Virus record (IMG/VR): IMGVR_UViG_3300037010_001386
Span: 2,860 to 66,859 of that record
Source of the DNA: a virus
Strand: one strand, 5' to 3'
Length of the DNA stretch: 64,000 nucleotides
Both the position numbers and the translations under genes were made by a program. Under the pieces are notes generated by a model that was not told the origin of the DNA, made no database searches, and saw nothing but the letters and a program-made list of their open reading frames with translations. Below are positions 1 through 9,060 of this stretch, one piece after another; position 1 is the first letter of the stretch; every line of letters starts with the position of its first letter.

Positions 1-103
1 CTTCAATAATAACATTTGAATAATTGATGCCATTATTCGTTCGACCTTTTGTTGTATTTATAATTTTTCCGATAACTTCAATGTGATTTATTTTATTGTT
101 CAT
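1..103 (-). CDS. Hypothetical protein, runs off the window start (MNNKINHIEVIGKII...)
   Basis: ATG at 103 with A-rich leader just after the terminase stop; open to position 1. Confidence 0.5.
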   Translation of the reverse strand, partial: MNNKINHIEVIGKIINTTKGRTNNGINYSNVIIE

Positions 104-123
104 ATTTTTATTTTATATTTTTT

Positions 124-2331
124 TTAAAAAGTCAATCTTTTAACATAAGGAGGATCTTCTGAATGTGCTTCACTATGTTCTTTTTCTCTATTTTCACCTA
201 TTCTTTCGTTATCGCTTTCTGTTATTGCTTCCAAATCTAATTGTAAATCTTGATTTTCTGTTTGTTGTGTTTCTGGAATTTTTTTAACTCCTGTTATACT
301 AGGAACGCTTAATGTTTTACCACCAGATTGTCTTAATTCGCTAAAAGCAAACCATAAACTCATTAATCCATCGCCAGTATGTCCATCTGGAAATTTTCTC
401 ATTTCATTTATTAACTGAGATGAAATTTGTATTGTTCTTGGATCTGATAAATCATAAGGAATGACTAATTTACCATTTTCTGCTATGATAGCCAAACTAT
501 TTACACCCAATGTAGAATCATTTTTTTCACCACCAGTAACATAAGACCTTGTAGGTATTCCAGCATCTTGTAAATCAATAGCCATCGCTTTTTGATATGC
601 GTTAGATTCTACTCTAATTCCAACTGCATGATATATTTTATCCCATTCTATTGCTAAATCTCTAACATATTTAGGAGTAAATTGTGGAAGTTTTCCTCGT
701 TCCATATTTAATAAAACATAATCTCCCGGATTTATTAAAGGAACAATAGAATTTCTAACACGACCCATTGCACTCAATGCATTATCATCTCCTTTTTCAG
801 ATGCCGCCAAATCCAATCCTAAACATATGAGTTCAAAATCTATTCCCTTTGGCATTTCTGTGCTTAATCTTAAAGAAGCTCCTTTCTTTTTTGCATTATC
901 TAACCAATTTTCTTTGAATAACTGATTTGGTCTGTTTGCTGGATTACACATTCTCATTCTTTCAAATGAATATGAATCTGCCATTCTTTCTAAATAAAGG
1001 TCTCCGTAATTAAACATTTGTGGAAATAACAATTCTACCCCATCATCCATTTCTTTTTTGTGTTGTTGATAAAATTCTTCTGAGTCTTTTATTCTTTTTT
1101 CCTGTGATAATTCACTTTGTCCTAACGATTCATCTGTTCTTATTTTAGCCCATTCTTGCCATAATTCTTGATTATTTGCTTCGTGTAATATTGCAGGTAA
1201 TACTTTTTTATAATCAAATTGTGGGTCTTTAAGAAATGACATCATTAAATCATCTTCGTGCCAAATATTACCTAATGCAATTAAACGACCATCAGAACTT
1301 TGTCCTTTTATTGCAACTGGCATAACAGTAGTTCGAACCCAAGATTTAGTTTTTTCTCTTGATTCTTCTGTCTGCGTATTATCTTGTGTGCATAAATCAT
1401 CAAGAATTATAATATCTGCTCTTTTACCTACAATAGCACCACCAAGACCTATTGCACGAATTGTTGGATCTTTTAATTGTGTAGAAGATCTATCTATTGT
1501 CAATGCTTCAGAATTCCACTTTTCTTCTTTTTTCATAATTTTTCTCATTTTAGGAATAACGCCTTTTCCCCTTGGATCAATCCACTTTGACCAATTTTGA
1601 TATTCTTTATTATTTTCTATGTTATCCATTATCTGTGTTACAAACAATGAAGCCATTTCGCTGGTGCTTGATACGAGAAGAATTCTTATATTATGATTTA
1701 ATGCCATTTGCCATAATGGAAATCCTACAGATAAATGAGTAGAATTATGAGAAACTATACCATTTGCAAAAAAGTTTTCATTATCTTCTACTTGAATATC
1801 TATCATTTCCTCTTTTTCTTTCGTTTCTATTGAAACTATTTTATCCCATAAAAGTTCATCTGATTGTAATATTCTCAAATAATCATTATATGTAATATCT
1901 TTTGCTTGTTTGTATCCATCAGAAGTTAATAATCTATGGTCAGGACTTACTTTTATAAAATTGCCTGTTTTTGTTTTAAACGCAATAACATCTTTCAATC
2001 CAACATTATCTTTCCATAAAACATTCTTTTTTTCAATTTCCCCTTCTTTATTTACAGAATATACAACATCGCCAACCATAATATCAGATAGTTTTTTAAT
2101 TCCCTTATCTGTTAAAATATCGCTATCAATAGAAAGACATTTTCCATTACCACGACCTAATGCGATTGCTAATTTATAATATAATTTATTAGAAATAATA
2201 TCATCTATTTCATTTAGAAAATCTGGATTATCATATCCCATAACATCCTCCATAAATACTCTAAAGTATTTTTCTATAGATTTATATCTTAAATTATATT
2301 GTTCAGGTTGTAGAATCGTTAGTTCCGTCAT
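124..2331 (-). CDS. terL: Terminase large subunit containing a mini-intein
   Basis: Walker A GRGNGK|S interrupted by intein, Walker B-like IIILDD, nuclease motifs GLDLA, VESNAYQ, GDGLMSL. Confidence 0.9.
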   Translation of the reverse strand: MTELTILQPEQYNLRYKSIEKYFRVFMEDVMGYDNPDFLNEIDDIISNKLYYKLAIALGRGNGKCLSIDSDILTDKGIKKLSDIMVGDVVYSVNKEGEIEKKNVLWKDNVGLKDVIAFKTKTGNFIKVSPDHRLLTSDGYKQAKDITYNDYLRILQSDELLWDKIVSIETKEKEEMIDIQVEDNENFFANGIVSHNSTHLSVGFPLWQMALNHNIRILLVSSTSEMASLFVTQIMDNIENNKEYQNWSKWIDPRGKGVIPKMRKIMKKEEKWNSEALTIDRSSTQLKDPTIRAIGLGGAIVGKRADIIILDDLCTQDNTQTEESREKTKSWVRTTVMPVAIKGQSSDGRLIALGNIWHEDDLMMSFLKDPQFDYKKVLPAILHEANNQELWQEWAKIRTDESLGQSELSQEKRIKDSEEFYQQHKKEMDDGVELLFPQMFNYGDLYLERMADSYSFERMRMCNPANRPNQLFKENWLDNAKKKGASLRLSTEMPKGIDFELICLGLDLAASEKGDDNALSAMGRVRNSIVPLINPGDYVLLNMERGKLPQFTPKYVRDLAIEWDKIYHAVGIRVESNAYQKAMAIDLQDAGIPTRSYVTGGEKNDSTLGVNSLAIIAENGKLVIPYDLSDPRTIQISSQLINEMRKFPDGHTGDGLMSLWFAFSELRQSGGKTLSVPSITGVKKIPETQQTENQDLQLDLEAITESDNERIGENREKEHSEAHSEDPPYVKRLTF
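1744..2139 (-). mobile_element. 132-aa mini-intein (Hint domain only) in TerL Walker A
   Basis: Starts CLSIDSDILT, block B SPDHRLLT, ends DIQVEDNENFFANGIVSHN followed by Ser; no LAGLIDADG motif. Confidence 0.92.
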
Positions 2332-2785
2332 TTTTTTCTTGTTCTATTAATATTTTTTCCATATTCCTTCCAATTTTACCATATACAACAAAATGCATAT
2401 CTTCTGGTGTAAAGTCGCCATCTCCAAATTTAGAACTTAAAGAATTTAATTGATTAAACAGCATAATAATATAATCTGTTTTATCTTTTTCTGTAAATTT
2501 GTAATTTGTTTCTCTTGCTTGTGTTTCTTTAATTTTTCTGCGTAACCATTCTTTTTGCAATTCAATTTCATCTTTATGGTCTACTGCCCATTTCTCTTTT
2601 GCTTTTTTAATAAGTAAACCAGCAAGTTCAGGACTAACATTTAATTGTTTTGCAATAACGCCTATATGAAACTCCAATTCTTCTGGAATACTTTTTGCCA
2701 GTTCATCTATAATTCTTTCTTTTACTTCTGGCTTTAGATTGCCATTATTCAATCTATCGTCTTGTGTTACTATTGATAATTTCAT
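2303..2785 (-). CDS. Putative terminase small subunit
   Basis: 160 aa, overlaps TerL start, HTH-like IAKQLNVS followed by helical region; positional inference. Confidence 0.45.
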   Translation of the reverse strand: MKLSIVTQDDRLNNGNLKPEVKERIIDELAKSIPEELEFHIGVIAKQLNVSPELAGLLIKKAKEKWAVDHKDEIELQKEWLRRKIKETQARETNYKFTEKDKTDYIIMLFNQLNSLSSKFGDGDFTPEDMHFVVYGKIGRNMEKILIEQEKNDGTNDSTT

Positions 2786-3084
2786 ATTGTTTCCATGTAA
2801 AGTTTATAAACATTTTTTTCATCTCCTAACCAATACCATCCATTTTCTTTTTCTGCTTGTATATTACCATTTTTACTTATTATAACATCTTCTATATGAT
2901 AGATATTTAACACATAATCGTTTTCATTCTTTTCATATCTACTTGATTTTTTATTTTTTTGCTCTTTTTTATTATGTGGTAATTTTATATTATTTTTAAA
3001 TACGAATCTTACATCGGAAGAAAATTCAGTATCTTTATCTACAATTAATTTACCAATAATTTGTTTCATATTTTTAATTTTCAC
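2782..3084 (-). CDS. Hypothetical protein
   Basis: ORF coupled to neighbours; start may be the second Met. Confidence 0.55.
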   Translation of the reverse strand: MKIKNMKQIIGKLIVDKDTEFSSDVRFVFKNNIKLPHNKKEQKNKKSSRYEKNENDYVLNIYHIEDVIISKNGNIQAEKENGWYWLGDEKNVYKLYMETI

Positions 3085-3586
3085 ATTCTCCTATTTTATG
3101 TCTTAATCCACATATAGAACATATTTCATATTTTTGAAATGAATGTTCGTGTCCATCTTCCTGTGTATGTTTTCCAAGCAATCCATTTATTTCTTCTTTC
3201 CAATCCATCGGTGTTGCAACTCTTGCTATATCAATTAATTTTTCTGCTTGTTCTTTATTATTTGCAACTTTAACTATATCTGATAATCTGGTAAATGGCA
3301 ATGCGAGTAATTCAGTAAAATTAAATTTAAAATCATCTACAAGTTTATGTTTAATTTTTATTAATTTATCCGCCCAAGCTCTCGTATAATGTATTTCTGG
3401 GTCTGATAAATATCCCGCCCAAGATCCATCTTCTTGTCCAAGCGATTCTTTATAAAGTTCAGCATCTCTTATCTCTTCTAATATTGAAGCTTGTTTAGAT
3501 ATAGAATCTCTTATAATTTTTTCATTATTTTTCAATTCCTGTGATAAGTAAAAAGCTCTTTCTCCTCTTTGTTCTTTTGTTTCCAT
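3074..3586 (-). CDS. Hypothetical protein with C-terminal HxH...CxxC motif
   Basis: 170-aa ORF ending HEHSFQKYEICSICGLRHK. Confidence 0.65.
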   Translation of the reverse strand: METKEQRGERAFYLSQELKNNEKIIRDSISKQASILEEIRDAELYKESLGQEDGSWAGYLSDPEIHYTRAWADKLIKIKHKLVDDFKFNFTELLALPFTRLSDIVKVANNKEQAEKLIDIARVATPMDWKEEINGLLGKHTQEDGHEHSFQKYEICSICGLRHKIGECEN

Positions 3587-3592
3587 ATATTT

Positions 3593-4300
3593 TTAATTAT
3601 TTAATAATAATACCGACTCTTTAAATGTTTTGTTTTGTGTTTCCATAATATACGATATAGTATTCCATGTTCTTCCACAACCAAAACAATGTAATGTATT
3701 ATTTTTCTTATTCCACGACATTGATGGTGTCTTTTCATTATGTGCAAAACACTTCATAAAACCTCTTCTGTTTAATTGAACTAATTGATTAAATGGATAT
3801 TTCTCTGCTCTCTCTATTTGTTCTTTTGTTATCTTATTTGTTGTAATATCACTTTTTAACCATTTAAGTTCTTTTCTAAATCTTTCTAACATTAACTTTC
3901 TTTGTTTTATGTATGTATTTCCCCATATTATTGCCTGTAAAAATACACGAGTTAATATTGAATATCCTTTTTTCTTAAAATCAATCATATCATTTTCATA
4001 ATCAAATAATTCTTTTTCAATTGTTTTAATAGATGTTTCAAGATAATTTATTCTTCGTTCATTTGCAAATTCTTTATTCTCCTCTATGAATTCTTGAATT
4101 CCCTTTTTTACAATTGGCATTATTGTTGATTGATAATAATCTTGTTCTTTACTGGTATTCAAAACATCTATCCAATCCAACTCTTCCAACTGATTAAACT
4201 CTTCATCACTAATGTTTAATATACCATATTTCGTAAATAAATGCAATATATGATGATATGCTGGTATTGTATTATATTTATTCCAAATAGTATTTATCAT
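3593..4300 (-). CDS. Protein with C-terminal CHC2 (primase-type) zinc finger
   Basis: CFAHNEKTPSM...HCFGCG motif; no TOPRIM domain. Confidence 0.8.
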   Translation of the reverse strand: MINTIWNKYNTIPAYHHILHLFTKYGILNISDEEFNQLEELDWIDVLNTSKEQDYYQSTIMPIVKKGIQEFIEENKEFANERRINYLETSIKTIEKELFDYENDMIDFKKKGYSILTRVFLQAIIWGNTYIKQRKLMLERFRKELKWLKSDITTNKITKEQIERAEKYPFNQLVQLNRRGFMKCFAHNEKTPSMSWNKKNNTLHCFGCGRTWNTISYIMETQNKTFKESVLLLNN

Positions 4301-5133
4301 AGTGTTATTTCGTCTAATGTTTTATCATATTCTGTCGATTGCTCTATCAATTCACCATTTACAAAATCAAGTTTAACATAGCTCCCCAACGATCCAGTTC
4401 TTCTATCTTTAGATACAATAACAAGCGTTTTACCGCTAAAATCATATTGTCTTGTATCTTGATTAAGTTTTCTTTCTCTCCAAACAATAAGAACCTTATC
4501 AGATTCTTGTGCTACGAAAGAAGAATCTCTTAAATCTGATTCAGTGGGAGCGACATCGTATCTCGTTTTTGTCATATGAGCCATTAGAAAAATAGTTATT
4601 TCTCTATCAACTGCAAATCTTTTTAAATCACGAATAACAGAACCTACTTCGATAGATGAATTTCTATTTATTTTTTCCATATCTACCAAATAATGAAGAT
4701 GGTCTATAAATACTGCTTTTACTTTTGGATATTTTATCATAGATTCATCAATTCTATCTTGCATCCATTTCCAATCTCTATCTTTTAATTTTCTCGGTAA
4801 ATAAAATATCTTTGCTTTTGCAAATTTTTCAAACATCTGAGATGGAATAACTTCATAGGAAAACCAAAGAGATTCTATTCCTTTTTCTTCAAAATTCTTT
4901 GTTAAACTATGAGAAAATGTTGTTTTCCCTTGACCAGTTGGTCCGCTGATAGTTATTAATTCTCCTACTTGAAATCCATCTATAAATTTATCCAATGATT
5001 GAATACCAGAAGAAAATCCAAATGCTTTTAACGAACCAGATTCATCAAGTTCTTTTTTGAATTCCACAGAAGAAATGACTTTATCTTCTCCGTCATAACT
5101 TGCTAATTCGATTTCCTTATTTATGTCAATCAT
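4297..5133 (-). CDS. DnaB-like (SF4) replicative helicase, ATPase domain only
   Basis: SGIQSLD, GPTGQGKT, FSYE, VFIDHLHYL, DLRDSSFVAQESD. Confidence 0.85.
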   Translation of the reverse strand: MIDINKEIELASYDGEDKVISSVEFKKELDESGSLKAFGFSSGIQSLDKFIDGFQVGELITISGPTGQGKTTFSHSLTKNFEEKGIESLWFSYEVIPSQMFEKFAKAKIFYLPRKLKDRDWKWMQDRIDESMIKYPKVKAVFIDHLHYLVDMEKINRNSSIEVGSVIRDLKRFAVDREITIFLMAHMTKTRYDVAPTESDLRDSSFVAQESDKVLIVWRERKLNQDTRQYDFSGKTLVIVSKDRRTGSLGSYVKLDFVNGELIEQSTEYDKTLDEITL

Positions 5134-5675
5134 AACAAATTTATATATTTAACTAATGTTGATATTTGCCAATCCCACTTATACATTTTTAATGATTTAT
5201 CATCGTATGCTTTACTATCTGCTATTTCTATCAATTTTGGTATATCTTTAAATTCAACACAATCTGCAATTTGTTTAGCAAATGGCAAATCCCTTAAAAA
5301 TTGAGTCATTGCCATATCTTTTGTTGCAAATTCAAATGTATATCCATATTGGTCTCTTAATGCTTTTTTCTTTTGTTTTCCTTTCCAATATAATGCAACA
5401 ATATACTTTTCCACTGAAATACCTTTCCCTTTATTTATAAGATATTTCCAGCCGTAAGTATTTTCTGTTAAATTATATTCATCTTTTATAAATTCTTTTT
5501 CTTTCAGTTCATTAAGAGTTTCTTGATTCTTTTTGAATGTATCAGTTTTATCGATTATTTTATTTCTAACTATTTTTTCTTTTTTTGAAATAAAATGTCT
5601 TTTATCTAATAATTCAACAACTGCTTCTGCTATTTTTTGAATCTCAATTTCTTCAAGCATATTTATAAAAAACAA
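5130..5675 (-). CDS. Hypothetical protein (replication region)
   Basis: ORF between SSB-like and helicase genes, coupled by ATGA overlap. Confidence 0.6.
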   Translation of the reverse strand: MFFINMLEEIEIQKIAEAVVELLDKRHFISKKEKIVRNKIIDKTDTFKKNQETLNELKEKEFIKDEYNLTENTYGWKYLINKGKGISVEKYIVALYWKGKQKKKALRDQYGYTFEFATKDMAMTQFLRDLPFAKQIADCVEFKDIPKLIEIADSKAYDDKSLKMYKWDWQISTLVKYINLL

Positions 5676-5677
5676 AT

Positions 5678-6301
5678 TTATAATTCTAAATCTAAATCAT
5701 CTAACTCTGTAATATCCTCTCCTTTTGTTGTATCTGATTTTTCTCCTAAAACTTTTGCACGAGCCTTATCTTTTCTGAGTTTAACATAATCCGCTATTGA
5801 TATTTTTTTACTGAGTTCATTTAATATATCTTGGCTTAATTCACCGCTTTTATCTTTTGGAACTGGTGTTGTTTGATAATCAACTTCCTTTGTTCCTGCG
5901 TTTGTTGCGTTGATAATTATATCATACGGCATTGGCAATTCTGTAAATCCCCATATTTCATCACGTTGTAAATTATCAATAGCACTTGTTACCTTATATG
6001 GAAATTCTGCAATTTGTATTTCTTCAACAATATTTCCATCTACTACATTGCTTTTATTTAATAAATATACAACATTTTTTAACGATGCCTTTGGGTCGGA
6101 TTCACTATGAAATGGACATCCGTTTTTTATACCAAAACAAACTATAGATTGATTTTTAACTCTATGTATTGCTATAGGTGTTCCACCACTTAATATTCTA
6201 ACTCTATTCTTACCTTCTTTGAAATGAAAATAATCGTTTTTATTATAATTATTTTTTATTCCATATTCTTCTTGAATGTTATCATTTTGTTCTTTAAACA
6301 T
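5678..6301 (-). CDS. gp32-like single-stranded DNA-binding protein
   Basis: FKEGKNRVRIL, CP, YDIII..AGTKEVDY motifs and acidic C-terminal tail ELDDLDLEL. Confidence 0.65.
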   Translation of the reverse strand: MFKEQNDNIQEEYGIKNNYNKNDYFHFKEGKNRVRILSGGTPIAIHRVKNQSIVCFGIKNGCPFHSESDPKASLKNVVYLLNKSNVVDGNIVEEIQIAEFPYKVTSAIDNLQRDEIWGFTELPMPYDIIINATNAGTKEVDYQTTPVPKDKSGELSQDILNELSKKISIADYVKLRKDKARAKVLGEKSDTTKGEDITELDDLDLEL

Positions 6302-6319
6302 TTTTTTAATTTATTATTT

Positions 6320-6505
6320 TTATTTATTAACATCTTTTGGAATATCTAATATCTGCATTCCAATTTTTATATTCCATTCGCCATTTTCACCAGGAACAAA
6401 TTGTGGAAATGAGACAATATCTATTCCATATTTATCAACCAATGCTTTGTATTCTTTCATAAATTCCTCTTTCTTATTTACATCTTCCTTTTGTTTTTCC
6501 TTCAT
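6320..6505 (-). CDS. Hypothetical protein
   Basis: 61-aa ORF with AAAGGTCG leader motif at 6532-6539. Confidence 0.65.
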   Translation of the reverse strand: MKEKQKEDVNKKEEFMKEYKALVDKYGIDIVSFPQFVPGENGEWNIKIGMQILDIPKDVNK

Positions 6506-6561
6506 ATTATTTTTTATTTTATTTATTTTTTCGACCTTTGTTTAGTTATAACCATTTTTTA

Positions 6562-7203
6562 TCAAACATGATTTCTTATTTTCAATGGTCTAATTTTATA
6601 GTCTCCAAGCACATACTGATTTTTCCAATAATTAGAACCAGTTTTATTTGTAATATTAGTAATCTTTCCTGTGTCATCTCCACCAATAAACCAACCTTTA
6701 GTAAATGACGCATTTTCACAAATCCAAGCATTACTACAAACCTGAGCATCACCAGAAACCCGAGCATCACCATATACCCAAGCATCATTATAAATCCGAG
6801 CTTTGCCAGCAATATAAGCATTGCCAGAAATCCAAGCATTATCATAAACCCAAGCGTTACCACAAACCCTAGCGTTACCAACAACTCGAGCATTGCCAGA
6901 AACCATAGCATATTCATATACCCAAGCATCATCATAAATCCAAGCATTACCATAAATATGAGCATTGCCAGAAATTCGAGCGTGACCAGCAATACGAGCA
7001 TTATCATAGACATAAGCATTACCATAAACACAAGCATTGCTAGAAATCCAAGCATTATCTTCCTGACTAAGATTTTCTTCTTTCTCTATATATCCACCCA
7101 AATCTCCTTTAGTTACATTTCCAAAACTTCTTTCTGCTTTTATTTGAAATAATGTTGTTCCAAATAATTCTTTTTTATTTTTTGTTATTGAATATTTTTT
7201 CAT
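6562..7203 (-). CDS. Hexapeptide-repeat (left-handed beta-helix-like) protein, copy 1
   Basis: LFQIKAERSFGNVTKGDLGGYIEKEENLSQ followed by (G/D)NA(W/R/C/Y)(V/I)(S/Y) repeats. Confidence 0.8.
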   Translation of the reverse strand: MKKYSITKNKKELFGTTLFQIKAERSFGNVTKGDLGGYIEKEENLSQEDNAWISSNACVYGNAYVYDNARIAGHARISGNAHIYGNAWIYDDAWVYEYAMVSGNARVVGNARVCGNAWVYDNAWISGNAYIAGKARIYNDAWVYGDARVSGDAQVCSNAWICENASFTKGWFIGGDDTGKITNITNKTGSNYWKNQYVLGDYKIRPLKIRNHV

Positions 7204-7244
7204 TTTCTTATATTTTTGACCTTTTAAATAATGGATATGTTTTT

Positions 7245-7291
7245 ATTATATACTAACCTTTTTAAATTGCAAGTGCATAAATTGTGTATAA
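7245..7291 (-). promoter_or_regulatory. Sigma70-like promoter (TTGCAA-N16-TATAAT) with adjacent DnaA-type box
   Basis: Intergenic; TGTGTATAA at 7283-7291. Confidence 0.55.
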
Positions 7292-7316
7292 AATTACACC
7301 AGTTTTTTGATTAATT

Positions 7317-7538
7317 TTAATCTATATGAAACATTTCATCTCCACCCACAAACTTTCTTTCTTTTGTTTCCCCTAATTTAGCTAAAACATTTCCTTTTTT
7401 ATCAACCAAATAACAAACCCTTTGTATCGGATTATCCGATGTCCCATTTCCCTCATTAACTTCCACTTTTATAACTTCAATTACTTTACAGCTTCTAAAT
7501 CTTGAAAATAATTCTTTGTTTTCTGTTTCTTCTTTCAT
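7317..7538 (-). CDS. Hypothetical protein
   Basis: 73-aa ORF with A-rich leader. Confidence 0.65.
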   Translation of the reverse strand: MKEETENKELFSRFRSCKVIEVIKVEVNEGNGTSDNPIQRVCYLVDKKGNVLAKLGETKERKFVGGDEMFHID

Positions 7539-7658
7539 ATTTTTATTTGTTTTTACTAATTGGAATTTCTATATATTGTATTTTTTGTTTTTTATTTTTC
7601 ATATTTTTTTATTTTAATTAGATTCTAACGATCTTTGTTTAGTTATAACCATTTTTTA

Positions 7659-8228
7659 TCAAATATGATTTTTTATTTTTAATGGTCTAATTTTATAGTC
7701 TCCAATCACATATTGATTTTTCCAATAGTTAGAACCAGTTTCGCTTGTAATATTAGTAATCTTTCTTGTGTCATCTCCACCAATAAACCAACCTTTAGTA
7801 AATGACGCATTTTCACAAATACGAGTATCACCAAAAACACGAGTATTGCCAGAAATTCGAGCATTACCATAAATCCAAGCATTATCAGAAATACAAGCAT
7901 TGCCAGAAACCATAGCATATTTACAAATACAAGCATTATCAGAAACCCAAGCATTGCCAGAAACACAAGCATTATCAGAAACCCAAGCATTGCCAGAAAT
8001 ATAAGCATTGCCAGAAACACAAGCATTGCCAAAAACCCAAGCATTGCCAGAAACACAAGCATTATCAGAAACCCAAGCGTCCCCATCTTGGCTGAGATTT
8101 TCTACTTTCTTTATCCAACCACCCAAGTCTCCTTTCTTTACATTTCCAAAACTCTTTTCTGCTTTTATTTGAAATAATGTTATTCCAAATAATTCTTTTT
8201 TATTTTTTGTTAGTGAATATTTTTTCAT
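7659..8228 (-). CDS. Hexapeptide-repeat protein, copy 2 (paralog of 6562-7203)
   Basis: Near-identical N- and C-termini to copy 1, four fewer 6-aa repeats. Confidence 0.8.
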   Translation of the reverse strand: MKKYSLTKNKKELFGITLFQIKAEKSFGNVKKGDLGGWIKKVENLSQDGDAWVSDNACVSGNAWVFGNACVSGNAYISGNAWVSDNACVSGNAWVSDNACICKYAMVSGNACISDNAWIYGNARISGNTRVFGDTRICENASFTKGWFIGGDDTRKITNITSETGSNYWKNQYVIGDYKIRPLKIKNHI

Positions 8229-8455
8229 AGTTTTATTTTATTTTCTAAATATTTATATAATTTATCAGCAAATTGTTCAAAAAACGATTCATCTAAAGAA
8301 TGTTCAATCCCAAAAGCTACCGACTCACCATCACTATTAACTGCCATAATATATATACTACCATCCAGTATCTTTCCCACTCTAATTTCTATCGATTCAC
8401 AATAATCACATACTGAATCATTATTCTTTTCTTTATTATTCTTTTCTTTTCTCAT
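8225..8455 (-). CDS. Hypothetical protein (CxxC)
   Basis: 76-aa ORF coupled by ATGA overlap. Confidence 0.6.
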   Translation of the reverse strand: MRKEKNNKEKNNDSVCDYCESIEIRVGKILDGSIYIMAVNSDGESVAFGIEHSLDESFFEQFADKLYKYLENKIKL

Positions 8456-8498
8456 AGTTTTATTTTTCGTATTTTTTTATTTTCTTAAACACGCAAAT

Positions 8499-8633
8499 TT
8501 ATAATAAAATCATTACAAAGAAAAAACCAATAAAAATACCAAAAACTATACTGGCTATTATTTCTTTCCAGTCTGACTCTTCTGGAGCTAACCAACCCAC
8601 ACCATCAATTTCTTTTATTTTATATTTTTTCAT
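8499..8633 (-). CDS. Small single-TM membrane protein, 44 aa (not in ORF track)
   Basis: MKKYKIKEIDGVGWLAPEESDWKEIIASIVFGIFIGFFFVMILL; A-rich leader. Confidence 0.6.
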   Translation of the reverse strand: MKKYKIKEIDGVGWLAPEESDWKEIIASIVFGIFIGFFFVMILL

Positions 8634-8708
8634 ATTTTTCTAATTTATTTTCTATGAGGGGAAAGCTCGGCAGCATACCCCCCATAGAAAGCCGACCTTT
8701 GTTTTTTT

Positions 8709-8888
8709 TTATTTTTTATTTGCTTGAACTATTCCAACTATTGAATATGCTATCAAATACATTATCGCTATAATTCCCCAACCTATTGCTGATTCGTAAT
8801 CGTTGATATTATCAAACGCACCCACAAAGAACCACGACAAAACTGATAATACCAATCCTGTAATACCCATAACCTTTAATGTTTTCAT
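8709..8888 (-). CDS. Small two-TM membrane protein, 59 aa (not in ORF track)
   Basis: MKTLKVMGITGLVLSVLSWFFVGAFDNINDYESAIGWGIIAIMYLIAYSIVGIVQANKK; AAAGGTCG at 8914-8921. Confidence 0.65.
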   Translation of the reverse strand: MKTLKVMGITGLVLSVLSWFFVGAFDNINDYESAIGWGIIAIMYLIAYSIVGIVQANKK

Positions 8889-9060
8889 TTTTTTGTTTAT
8901 TAAATTAGTTTACCGACCTTTATTCTAATTGTGTTATTATTAAATTATTTTTTGTTAAATCGTGTTCAATCATATTCATACTCATATAAGTGCATTTATA
9001 TTTCATAATATTATTTATTTAACTTACAAACATTTATTCTATTATTATTTGTTTATTTAT

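Noticed and set aside
42-49. AAAGGTCG motif near the window start
   Set aside because: Lies inside a reading frame with only 8 nt to the next ATG; downstream context is cut off, so not counted
6582-8086. Long, very hydrophobic alternative-frame ORFs (157 and 126 aa) inside both hexapeptide genes
   Set aside because: Expected by-product of 18-nt repeats lacking stops in that frame; no separate leader signal
6562-8228. Possible DGR template/variable repeat pair
   Set aside because: Both copies are intact genes, differences are not adenine-specific and no reverse transcriptase is present in the window
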